64,000 bases of DNA from Phoronis australis (Eukaryota > Animalia > Phoronida): assembly GCA_002633005.1 (NCBI GenBank), contig NMRA01000497.1:260363-324362 (forward strand), read 5' to 3'. The position numbers were made by a program, and so were the translations under genes. Below the pieces are notes generated by a model. It searched no databases, was not told the DNA's origin, and worked only from the letters and a program-made list of their open reading frames with translations. Each line of letters begins with the position of its first letter. Within the stretch, counting starts at the first letter, position 1. Shown piece after piece: positions 40,201-53,300 of the stretch.

Positions 40201-43200
40201 TTAATTTTGGGAATCAGTCAACGGAATTAAATACAAAATTTACATTGTTATAAATGAAAATATGTTTTGAAAATGTCACGTACATGTACGTATTTGATGT
40301 TAATTACTTAAGAATTAATCTATCACTTTACCATAAATGGTGTGGTTTTCTAAAAATCTGGCGACGTTTGGTGCCCAAGATTTTGGATTTTCGCCTCACC
40401 TTATTATATTCCAACAACCGTAACTGATGAGTTTTTTGTTCAACAGACTTACCAATGACAGAGTAAAATTGAGACAGTAGCTTTTCGTTCCAACACAAGA
40501 TGGCGTTGAGGTCAACGGGCACTATGTCGCGAGTGGTTATTGTTGCCAAAGACAGGTTTCCAGGGGTGAACCAACGGGTTGAGAAGTCCCATCCTGACTC
40601 TGCCGCTGAAGCTATGTTCGAATACAACCTACTTTTGTTGGACGCATTCTTGGCAGTTTCTTCGTCTTCTCTCAGGGATTCGGGTCTGAGCAAAAAGTTT
40701 TTTAATGGAGTATAGTGAAGTTCGGGTGGTGTCGGTCTATTTTGAAAATCGGTGTCGTGCGTAATGATCAGGAATGTAAAGTTTTTGTGGCCGCATCGTA
40801 TATTAAACTGAGAAATATATGAAACATCATAATACCTCGATTAAGTGACTTCTTATCTTGGTAGATATTAGAAGTAAGCTCAGTAACTACTCAGGCCTAC
40901 CTATGATCACGATACATGTAACTACAATCCGGCATAAGACGTCATCACATCCGTGAATTGAAATTGCCTGAAATAAATGAATTTCCCCGGCTGACTCTGT
41001 TATATTGCATAGGCGATTGAAATTAAATCGCCGAGCAAAGCAATTTATTCGTCCTAGTCTAGAGGAAATACTAACCTCTCTGTTCTTTCCTAGTCCAAGA
41101 ATCATTTCAAATCAGAGCAATGAAGAAGAATTCACCGATTTTATAACATAAAATGGCCTAAATCGAAAGCGATTTTTCGTCAAAAGGCGAGAAATTATTG
41201 CCTGTTTAAATAATTCGCTGTGAAAAAAAGTTGCCGAGTAGCCACATACATAATCTGAAGTCAATGGAAACGGGGACGCATCATACATGTACCTTGATAC
41301 AATCCGACTTCCAACGGGCCCCTAAAAAAATTATGCATTTCAAATAATACTGTACCTCGGCTGTCCAATTTCTACAGCATATCTGGCTAGCTTGTACGTG
41401 TTGTTTCCACTTGATATTTCAACAGTTCTGTTGTTCAGCCAAAACTCGTATTCCTTTTCTAGTGTAGGAAGACTTCTTTTTAAAAAGTCCGTATCGTTAG
41501 TAGTCCTGTAGTACTCGCCAACCATTGGAATGAGAAGCGGTGGTTGACTCCGGCGCGTGTAGTACACTCGGCCGCCATTAGGGACGAACCCTAGACTAAA
41601 TTAGAAAGATCATCTACATGTATATTAAATCAAAGGCAATTTCTATTGATATTTCGTTAAAAGTAACATCCGTAAAGATGTCATCAATAGTAAAGTATCC
41701 AGATTTCACTTCCAAAAAAACCATTTAAATCAACCGAAGGAGATTCGCAAATACTCCCGTGCAAAGTACAAATACACTGCTGGCTTAAACACGCTTTTTA
41801 GTCTTGGAGCCAGGTATGTAAATGTCCATTAGTTTTCGATTTGGTTCACCCCTAAGACTGACAAATATTGGCGGGTACCTGCAAGAGTTGGCTCTCGAGC
41901 TAACGATGAGCTACAAAAACTTTTGGCCCGATTTTCAGCTAAATGAGAAAACGTAAATTTTAGGTTAAAACAGAATTAAAAAATGTTGCTAATTTTTTAA
42001 TGTCTTAATTACTGTATTAATTTTGTAATTTCCAGATACAAAACTGTAAAAACGCTTTCGATTATCTTTTGAAATAAGAGTATTTACAAGTGCGTTTGCA
42101 TTCTGTATACGATAGGAACGTTTAAAAACCATCTGTAAATATACCCAATACATATTATAAAGCTCTAGATTTGACAGATATTTTGTAATTAAAACAACTA
42201 TTTCATTAATCTGCGCATTTGCTTCACTTCACAGTCCAAAATACGTGACTTTAGACACAGCACTTATTTGTTCATACACGTTTTCGTCATTGAAATCTCT
42301 GTTCGTTCGTGGTTTAACGAGTTCTCAAAAGTATACGGGTAAGTTTTCCCTTGGGAGCAACGAGTGCCAAACGCATTCAAGAGACTCGTCAGTCTTGCAG
42401 AGTAGACAAACTAGTCTGGGGCAATCATTCTTTGGTTGTCAGGGATTTACATTTGACGTTCACCTACTGACCGAATTCTTTGGAGGAGACTGCCAGTTTG
42501 CTATGATGTATGGGGCCAGTTTCTTACATTACACTTGATATGGTGAAACCACATCCGTATTTTTATCGAGGTTTGGTCATGTCCTCAATATAATATTTGC
42601 TCATAATTTTAATTAATTGTCTTCTTAATGAATATATGACAACTTTTTATCAGGGTACGAAGCGTCTGACTGTGTTTGATATACAAGTAGGCATTTTGTT
42701 GCAATTTTCGATTTTGATGAAAATTTGTTTACCTAAAACATGGCCTAACAAAGTCCACGTGTAGAGAAATAGCATCTGAGGACATTGTTTGAAATTTCAA
42801 TTGCCAGTTTCAAAATAGACAGTTACAATACTTTTTAGCGCTGTCTCTACTTTTTGGTCGTAGACTTTTACGCATTCTTAACTGCCAACTTTCCAGCATT
42901 TTCTTATCGTTCTCTACACAAGCACTTTTCAGAAACAACTGCATGTGCCGAGTCAGGTTATATGCGTAAAAATATACACGCAAAAGACATAAATAACGGT
43001 CGTCATATGTTGGGGAAATTTCACTTGGCAGGTTTCTCTTGGAAGTAAAGAGCACAGAACGCATTCAAAAGATTCACTAGAGAAACAAGAGTGCACTTTT
43101 GCGTTTTTCCTTTTCCACAGAAACGCGCGTTTAGCTTTTAAGTTAAAGCATTTTTTCTAACATCATGTGTTGGCTGCGTCAATAGCTTCAGACCCGAGGA

Positions 43201-46200
43201 TAAATCAAATTCATTCAGTAGTAGTCTGGGGCCCTATTAAAGGAAACTGAATTTGCTAAGACAAATCTTAAAATTAAGTGAATTTTAAGATAAAACTCAA
43301 GATTGTCTTAACTACGTTCTCAGAAAGTGATCTTAAGATTGACTTCAGTTTTTGATTAGAGTTTTGTCTTTGTCTTAAGTTTAACATTTCAATGTTTGGA
43401 GGTTGAAACAACTCGTAGACTTAAGTAAAAATGAACTTGGTTTCTTGGAACGGGTTCCTGGCTCCTAGGCTATTCATTTGGAGAACCACAGACGACAAAT
43501 TGAGACCGCACTTGCTTCCCTTAAAACATTTCCTTAAAAAAATCGATGTAGTGTTATTACCTTGAAAGAGTTGACCATTTTCGAGAACAGTCTCAACATG
43601 GCTTCGGTTACAACCGGCAATTTCCGTCAAAATTAAGAAGACAATGTGACTGTGCAACTTACGTCTCTACAAAGGTCAAGAAGTTGCTGATCATCCCCTT
43701 TACAGTGCTATACATCTCTGACAGCAGCAAACCATTGATCACCCAATAAGAGTCCCAGTAGTACACTTCGCGGAATCTCCCGCCAGGAACTATGAACGGG
43801 TTTGGAAGGTAGATCAGGGAATACCGGTCGGGATTTGTCTTGACGTCATCCCGAATCTGTTCAAAAGATGGCAGTGTTATTCAAATGCAGTAGCCGACAA
43901 CAAAAGCGTGTCTTAAAAGAAGCTGAAATGTTATATTTCCTACAGTGTATGGTACCTTGAGAAGGTCGTCTTTGGATTTGTCAAATAAGTCGATTAACAT
44001 TCTCATATAGGATATTGCAGCTCGATATTCGCTGTCTTTCACAGTTGAATTTACGTCTAATGCCGCGGTCAGTGTGTGCACAATGTCACGCGCTTGTTGA
44101 CATAACAATGTTTTGGGAAAAATAACATCTATTCAATCACACCTCCCAAACTTTAAATGTGCACTTCACGTTACTAAACTACGTTATGAAACTAACATGA
44201 CCCATTTTTTCAAAACAAAATTTCCAGTCGAAATAACGATTATTTTTATGCACGGGTAGAGATTAGGTATCACCTGATGTATGCAGTTGCACACAAGAGC
44301 AACATACCTTTCGCCCCAATCTTTTCCACAGCTTGTTTATTGCCGATGCCCATTTCTTCAAATCCTGGTCTTTGATTTTGCCAAGAAACGCCGGGCTGTA
44401 GGATGAACAGAAATTATTACTACAATCAGGCTCTTACTGAAAAAATATCTTCGAAACAAAACAATAAATTATACGCAGCCCATATTGTGACAAATTTAAC
44501 GTCTGCAACAGTGTACGCCTCAGCAGTTATTGCTGGTAATATATTTGCCACAGCGCAAATGATTGCTCGCCAGATGTTGCGGGAGATATTGCTGCGCGTT
44601 TGCAGACATGGGCACAACCTGTGCTACATGGGGCAACAGGGCCGCGTTCCATGTACGCAAGGCACTAGCACGACTTTTGCTTCGAGAAATCTTCACTTAT
44701 GGAACGGAAACAGGATTCCTTATTAATGGCTGTCGAGTATGACTGTTTGACCTACTTCCGACACCGGAAACATTACGAGTTATTTTGATGGAGGTTGAAT
44801 TCAAAGACATTTATTTTTGTCCGGCAATTAAAGTTGCGGGGGGTGGTAACTTTAGAGAATAAGACGGCTACAACTCAAATTGACTCTCGGTCATTTTTAT
44901 ATACATACATTGAAAGTAATCATGACTTCTGATCTGGGTACAACAACCCCGAAAGCATTTTACAACACATTTTACAGTATCTCAGTAACAATAATGGCAG
45001 AAACATTTAATCGGTGTACCCAAAAAGTCTGACCTCAACATGTTTGAAGAGAAAAAACTTTTGAGAAAACTTGTAAAATATTATCCAGTTTGAAATCGAA
45101 ACAAATCAAAACCAATCGAAAGTCGTAAAAAGCAACGATTCAGCAACTTGAAACAGGAAAATCTAATTACACCTTTTCTAACCAATCACTTCTGTTTTGA
45201 CACATTTTGTCCATTTTGTCACATTATGTCTATTTTGGCTCATAATATCCTACTTGTTAGCCCCATTTTCTTCCTTTAAATCCATTTTCTCCCTTTTGGA
45301 TGGTTTCGATGCATNGCCGTTTTGAACAACTACGCTGAAGTTTCTCGTTTTGTATACAATTCCAGAACAGTTCAATGTTCCAACCTCCACAAACTTCTAC
45401 CTGCAGGTAGCGCTGCAATATTTAGAAGTTCTTGGCATTGCTTTAGACTAACTGGTATGAGTTGGCAATTACTCAGCAGAGCGATTCTACCACTCGTTAA
45501 TATCAGTGAGGTCTTTTTACCTTTCAACCCAATCATCGGGGATCCAGTTCTCAAACTCTGTACCTGGTCCATCAAAGAACTGTTCAACGAAGGCCTTAAT
45601 TGCCTCCCGGGAAGTATCGTTCAAATTTCTAAAGGCTGAGAGTACCGCTCCTGTAAAATGAGCATTTTGGATACATTTTTACGTGTTTCACTTAAGTGTA
45701 ATACAATTCAATATTGGCTACACGTGGGCGATGCACCATAGGGGACTGGGGGACTATAGACTCTCCACTTTTTCCAGTGCTACGGGGGCCCATGGGCTGG
45801 GGGGCTTTAGTCCCACCACTTTTTTTAGTGCTGCGCTGCCCATGCTACAGCATAACATAAATGTCTGCCGTAACCCGCTGTGAAGATGAGCTTTGAATGG
45901 TTATCTCCGGCGTGCCTTTGTTAATACTCATGGCGGATTCAGGATATCGGGACAGACACACGTTCGCGACATCTCTGAAACCTAAGACAACTGTACACCG
46001 GTGCCGTCTTAATCATGCCCAGAGGGGAGGGCTACCTGAATGGGTATGTGTGATAATTGCAAAGATTTGACAGTCGCATGCTCACGAATCTTCAAATCAT
46101 TCTCACTAACAACGGAATCTCGTGCACAAACTAATGAAAACAATCGTACAGCACACAAACTCTGCGGCCAACGGTCTAGTGTCATGTTAATTTCGACTTT

Positions 46201-48609
46201 GAGTTACTCATAGGGAATTACATCATTTTTGGCCGTAGGGAGTTGCTACCGCTCGACGTCATTAACGCTCAAGCATAGTTACTTCGTAATTTACCACGAG
46301 TTCACGTTATTCTACTTCCGAGCTACTAATTTTCTTGGTTCAGCTTCAGGACAGATATTGATGTCAATAGACGTCACGTAATGTATACCTGGAGAGTCCT
46401 TGAGTGTCATGTCGACAAATGTCTTGGAGTCATTGAAAAGTCTCGACTGCTGAACCGTGGAAAGCAGAGGGCCTTTACAGTATATTTCGCTGAAAATAAG
46501 AGACTTAAAGATTATCACTGAGCTACTCTGATACACTTATTTTTTGCATTTACGTTTTCAATTCGTTTTACTTGTCACGCAACATAACTATATACGTTGA
46601 AATGCCGACATCTGAAAGTTGGGTTAATGATTCACATTATGAAAAGTAAACAAACAAAATTTTGAGGCTTTGCTTATTGAAACATGGCATCGTAAACATC
46701 ACGTGACCAACTGTTGCGTTACCCACAATTCCACGGTGAACTAATTGTTTTGCATTGCCAGTGGCCAAAAATCAAACTATGCACCACGCAATGTGGCATC
46801 ACAACACGGTCCGAATCAACGGACGTTTTTACCGGCGCGAACATAACAAAAACAACGAAATTTCCCTTTATGCGTGCGCGATATTTCTTTAAAATTGGAT
46901 GACTCGTGGGATTCTGTGAAGGAATGAGCGAATTCTTGCACATTCCTTTTCTCCGCTAGGATTGCTACGAGCGCTGGTTGTTTCGGTAGCCATATTTGCT
47001 ATGGACGGCGAATTTTTATCATTAGTTATTTTCATATTAAAGGCTGATATGTTAATTACATTTGCCGAGTTCTGGTGCAACTAACTGATAACGACGTTGG
47101 ATGTTTTGTAAAACGCTGATGTTATTTTTGAAGACTAATTTATGATTCAAACGTAGGGATTTCCTCCGTGGGACCGTACACCGACGTACATTGACGTTTC
47201 CAGAGAACGTACATGTAACGTACATTCTGTGGATGACACCTGAACTCGACGAATTATTAATTTATGGCCTTTTCACGTAATTTTTTACTGTTAAAGTAAA
47301 AATCTTTCTTTACTTCTCGTTGACTCGATCAACATTTATATCTCACTTTAGGTCATGATATACGGTATTTTCCATCAAATCGGTGTTTTTCCACTTTTTG
47401 ATGCGCTTTTGTGTTGTATGTAATTGTTTTACGGTAACATGTGACAACTGCGCAACAAATGTGACAACGTGCATTCGTGAAATAATGATAAAAACACGGT
47501 CTTGAACGGGTTAGGCAGTGTTCAAATTTGAGCAATTTTATTTTAACAGTTCAAATTTTACTGCGCAAGATTGTCCTTCGAGCGCGGCTTTTAGATTAAT
47601 ACAACATTCCTAATTCGGAAACACTCCACTATTTTCCAGCTGGAATCCTTCCAGCTATTAGCGACTTCTCAAAAAATTCACAACAAAAGTCATTGATAAT
47701 CTTTATTAAGACAATGTGGAAATTTAAATTTCAATGCTTTTTATTCTATAGATTTCAATAGAGTTTCGAATTTTCAAAGTGGGGAATTCTGTCAAAAAAC
47801 AGCCTTTCGTGGGGGAAACTCGTCGTGAAAAAGACCTCCTTTTAAGCGGCATATCCCGTACCTTATCTTTACCACCGTGATATCCTAAAACACCTTTCTT
47901 AGACATTTGAGGCAAAACAGTTAGTTAATGGAATCCCACACCTTGTTTTCCACCATGGCTGGGTAACAGAACCTACATGTAAGTCTGGCTAAGATAGATA
48001 AAGAAAAATATACAAACGATTTCCCTTTCAGTATGTCAAAGTGGCTGCTCACCCGAAACTAGTTCCACGTATATTAGGTCATACAAAACCCAAAACCCCG
48101 CCGAGGGCGTTTTTAGCCTGTGAAATGGAACGGAGTAAATCATAACATATATTTATGATGCGTCAATTGGTCAGCGTGTGTCAAAAAGTGCTTCATCTTG
48201 ATCATGGTGTGCAATGGCGGCACACGGGGCAAGCCTCAAAAAGCGGGATGGTCCCCGGCGACAAAGGCGGAAGACTTCGCAAGTGTGCAGCGTACTTGTA
48301 GCATTGAAACGACTTGAAATATCTGTGTCCCTGTCGCCCTGATAAACGGAAAATCTGTTTGTTTTATCTCGTCCGATCGTACAGTTTGGCTGAACACGGG
48401 TGTAAAGTTAATCAGCACAACATGCACCTTGGTAGACCAAAACAGAGCCTGGCGCGTGTGGCTTCGATCGACTGAATCCTTAATCAAGACGGGATTGTGT
48501 GTAAAGCTTACCTGTCACATGCCGATACTTTAACAAGATAATCAAGGGTTTCTGTCCTTACGCTAACTAAAACAATGAGAACCTGGATAAAACACAGAGC
48601 AAGAGCCAT
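37243..48609 (-). CDS. TREH: Trehalase (GH37), secreted or membrane-anchored, ~600 aa, 10 exons
   Basis: Exons 48512-48609, 46389-46489, 45521-45650, 44308-44395, 43663-43856, 41356-41595, 40453-40685, 39720-39952, 38859-39083, 37243-37503; all GT-AG, 1803 nt in frame. Signatures PGGRFREVYYWDSY, PNGGRVYY..RSQPP, AESGWDFSTRW, QQWDFPNAWPP and GGGGEY..Q.GFGWTNG. Signal peptide MALALCFIQVLIVLVSV; hydrophobic C-terminus. Confidence 0.97.
42250..42720 (-). mobile_element. Probable highly decayed LINE 3' remnant in a trehalase intron
   Basis: Faint minus-strand similarity (..ETG.Y...PPK...CK...) to the same LINE ORF2 C-terminal motif as at 36590. Heavily disrupted. Confidence 0.3.
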
Positions 48610-48820
48610 TTTGCTCAGTAGGTCAACAGAGAGCCTGGGTTAACTGTGACAGTGTTTGGAAATCTTATCATTGCATGAGTACGTGTATTCACCCGGACGA
48701 AGCTAAAGACGGATGGCTCTGCTCACAAACGGTGACCGCTTAGCTGAGGTTAATCACAAAATGGCCTCTTGTTCAAGCTGTAGATTCTTTTCTGACGGTG
48801 CAGGGATGGCAAGTGCATTA

Positions 48821-48978
48821 CAGTGGCGGATTTAGAGGGGGGCCATAGGGGCCAAAGCCGCCCTTAAAATTCTCCCAGATTTCATTTGGCATTTCAGGGG
48901 TACAAATGTCTGAGGGGCAAAATGTTGGCTAATAATCTGCCCTGGCCCCCCTAACTCAAAATCCTGGATTCGCCCCTG
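48821..48978 (+). mobile_element. ~160-bp MITE (CAGTGGCGGATTTAG...CTGGATTCGCCCCTG)
   Basis: Imperfect TIRs; homologous to the 52030 and 56631 copies. Left flank catta, right flank ttgat. Confidence 0.85.
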
Positions 48979-50305
48979 TTGATGACGTAATTTGGACCCG
49001 AAGGAGAGTGTGCCTTATGAAATTTTCGAATTACTGTTTTATTATCACCCTAATATTAAAATACCGGTAAATCATCACATACACCAATACGGTATCGTCT
49101 TCTCTATGTTAGACTCCATCCTAAGGACTCCCAGGAGACGCAACTGGACACCTGAAAGATTATGAAGACATAAATTTAGTTAGACAATTATTTTTTTCTT
49201 TTCATGTAGATCTAGACTGTTCTAGCTTCCAATGACACAAATTAACAAATGACTGCACTGAGGTGTAATTTTCATAATAAGTACCTTCACGAAAGGTATG
49301 TCCTAACAAAGTCCCTGGTGCTGCAAGTGCAACTCATTTATCAAGGGGAAAGAATTAGTGTGAACGTCACTTGTTCTGGAACAACTTGATACCCAAGGGA
49401 AATTGGCATCAACTTGTTCCACATCAGAAGGTAGAACAAATTGTTACAGATAAAGTTGTTCTGGAGGCAGGCCCAAGACACAGCGTAATAAATAAAGAAA
49501 CAAGGCCAACTAAATTCGAGGGCAGTACCAGTCCCACAGATAGGATTGACTGGGGACCTCGCAGCCTACAATGTACCAATTTTGTAACATATCACACCAA
49601 ATCATTATATTGAATGAATCTTGTGTTTCAAATCCTTACATGAACATTTTTTTTATTTTCATGACTAGTGTCACATTTAGTGATCAATGGTTGGATTATT
49701 GAATTATCGTAATCACAGACTATGACACCAGGTGAAAACACATAAAATGGAATGTCAAACACATTACCAATTTTGAACATAAAATTACTCACACTTTCGG
49801 CATAGAAAATTGCTCAAGAATGTATTATATAATTTTCAGTACAGCAGTAATCAAAATATCAGAAGCCTATTGGTGCCAATATGTAAGGTTGCGCCAAGGT
49901 GCATATGCCTGAATAGGCCTACGTACATAGGCGGTAATTATTTCATAATCCAGTATTTTATATACCCAGTATTTCGCGAACCAAGCATTTCATAATTGTA
50001 CAATATTACGATTCAGTATTAAATCCAAACAAAACGTTTTTGATATAATTAAATATGTTTCAAGAAAAAAGTCACTGTTTATTTGTTGATTTCGCTCGAG
50101 ACAAAGACTGATACTTCACATCCTGTATCTTTGTGTTAACAAAGGTTAGAGTATGAATTAAATGTTCTTTACTAATTTGAACTCAAACAATAAAGTGACA
50201 TAAGAAAAAAAAAAACGTCACTGTGACGCATTTTTCATGGCTGCATTCATGAAGAGAAGTCGTTTCTAAAGTGCTATTGAAATACTAATTTTGCGAAAAA
50301 TTAAT

Positions 50306-53300
50306 ATGGGTAAATTTCTTAAAAATCTTCGGGCATGTTTATCATGTCTTTGTTGTCAACTTTTGTGCATAAAGAGTACAGCAGTGGACGACGACGACGA
50401 GATTCTTGAAAATGAGGCAAGTAAAAATTTATCAAATGAGAAAAAATATGCCATGGACTTCATTCTCTCTTGCAATATTTGCGAAAAATGCATAAAATGC
50501 AGCGACGGATTCAACCTCCGGGTTAATTAGTTAAAGACCAGAAATATTATAAGCTATTCAAAAATAATTTTAGGTTGTGCTTGATGTTAATCTAAAATAC
50601 GCTTGAATGATGGCTATTACTAGACGACAGGGCAGGAAAGTAAACCTTCCGGCTGTCTACTCGAGAAATCTCGGCATTTCTAAAGATGTTCAACTCATCT
50701 CGCACGGGAATCCATCACTCCATTTCGTCCCAATGCTTTTTCTCGTGCGGTTATTCCTCCAATGTGCTTCGCCTCTTCGTTACTATTTCTCGCATACTCA
50801 GGACATTAACTTTTAGTTTTTTGCGCGCCGGCTTTGATCAGCAATACACGACACAGGTTTCGACGATCTTCACGGTGTCTAGTAGCGAAACATCGAGCTG
50901 ATGAAGTCGCCCCCCAATTTCAGATAACTTTGACTGGAAACCATTGTAAGGAATTGGAGATTTATAACAAAATCATAACGGATTTTGCAGTTAACTTCAT
51001 GAAGTCAATACTCCCCAGAATTTGCCCACAAAATATATTTTCCGGCAGTAAAACCGATTGTTTCCTTTTAATGTATTGATGAAAATGTTAACAAGCCAGT
51101 CCTATTTGTTCTTAACTGCTATTTGAAGAACAGTAAAATATTCATGCTAGAATATTATTATGTACAAACCATTATCTGCCTATCAAGCGAATTTGGTTTT
51201 CGCAATTTTTTTCTCTGTCCTATTTCAAAATATCAAAAAGTCATTAAGTGGACACAGTTATTTTCTGTCCGACCATTTCACCATTCGATCATATCAAAAT
51301 AAACTGCATAACATTAAATTACCTTTGAACCCACCTGTAGCAAGAGACTGATGACCGTTCAACTTTCTTGAAGCGTTATCCAAACATAGCCCATTTTTTC
51401 AAAACAGTAATCAGATTGTTTAGATAGTGAATCCGATTTCTGTCCCAGATACAAAATGTGATTGAACTTGCTACATGTATGTCAAGTGGACCGATGCCAT
51501 TGTATGCTGAGACTGGCGAAGGCACAAATTGACAAATTGCCAAATAAACTACCGCTTTTGGAAACGAAATGACAGTAGGGACGGTCTTGCGAATGATAAA
51601 GACTGCATTCATTCTGAAGCTAGAAGGGGGGAGGGGTGGCGGAGAGGGACTAGTCCCTTAAATCAGAGTGACGTAATTCCCTGAAACGTATGCCGACCTA
51701 TCATCCGTGACTCAATAATGGATATCCCTCGGTAGTCTGTATTTTTAAAACGGTGATTTCGTCAAATTTCTTCAATCAACAACAGCGTTGAGGTGAGCAA
51801 GGTGCTTAGGCAAAAGAAAGTTTTATGTTGTGGGCAATTGAAGGCTTTCTGCTCAGAACTACGGGAGAGGTTTTCAAGTCAATGCAGTCTCTGTACGTAC
51901 GCAGACGCCTGAATGCCTCCCGGCTTGTCCGTAGTAAAAATCGTCATTTATTCTTAACATCTGAAAGTCAATAATCTTGAACAAGTTCAGAATTGCTTAA
52001 AATTGGTTCAGTTTTTGCTAAGACGTTCACAGTTGCAGATTTAGGGGAGGGGGCAAGGGGGACATGGCCCCTCTAAAATTCACCCAGGTTCAATTTGGCA
52101 GTTCGGGGGTACGAATATCTGACGAGCACAATCCCGGCTAACACTCTGCCCTGATCCCCCTGACTCAAAATCCTGAATCCGCCCCTGGTTCAGATGAGCG
52201 AAAAGATCTAATTTTACATAATACACAACAACATTTCTAAAGTCAACCTAAGAACTAAAAACCTATACTTTTCTTGACATGCCATGCTATGTGTTTCTTT
52301 GAAAGACGTTTTCAAACACTGAGGGGCTATAGATCTTATTCACGCACTCACCATTTAAAAGTGGTACTCTTTGTAGTTAAAGAAAGGCAAACGCATTTGA
52401 GACATGAATATTAACGAGGCATGCGAAAAAAATCACACTTTGCACTGTGATTAAGCGCGAAATGCATTGTTTTTAAAACCTAAACAGAGGCTCACTTTTG
52501 AAATATCTACTGCTTGAATAAGGTGCATTGACCTGCAAAATAGTGGAAACCGTATTAATTACCCTTTTCCAAACAATTCCAGTTGTCCACAGACGCTGTT
52601 GCGAACAAATCTACAAAAAATGTCGCATTCGACGACATGACAGACAGAAAGAAGTACAGGGTTAGACCCTCGAGTCTGCCGCTGGTCACAGCGCCGAATA
52701 TCTCGGTGAAACCCCCAGAGTCGTCGTTCAATTTCATGCAGCTGCTGAAGCCTGTTTCTCTCGTACAGTTCTTTGTCAGCGGGTTGAAAATTTTCACCGA
52801 TGCCTTCGAGACGAGATACGCAAATCGCCCTAGTCGTCTATTCCGTTCTGTACCGTACGTTTTCCAGAAATTAAGTTTTCAAGTTTGTCGACAAGTCGGG
52901 ATATGCTACAGCGAGTTCTGTTGCAACGTGAGCGGTGTTAAATTAAAAATCAAGTGTAGAACAATATCGTGCATTACGAAAACAAGGATAGGGATTCAGC
53001 GATTGGCGGTAAAGGACGGCATAATACAGAGATCAACATCATGCTTCGCCTCTATAGTCCCAAAATTCATAACACAATCGGAATGGATCGTTGTGGGCAG
53101 GGCTAAGAGTTACCCAGTAAGGAAATTTATGTCATCAAAGCTCCGGCAAGTAAAGTCGTGCGACCCGAATGTATTGCGAAGGGCGTTTGGGTTTCAATAT
53201 ATTCGAAAAGCCAAATCCTACGTCTCAAACGTACATGTAATTCGTCGACCGCTTGAATTCATGAATAGACGCGGCACGTTTAACCCACCCAGACCTCGAA

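Noticed and set aside
43957-44108. Intronic ORF (VKDSEYRAAISYMRML...LLK|gt) as a mutually exclusive version of trehalase exon 4
   Set aside because: The donor is in phase, but the available AG acceptors give phase 1, incompatible with the neighbouring exons. Similarity is weak.
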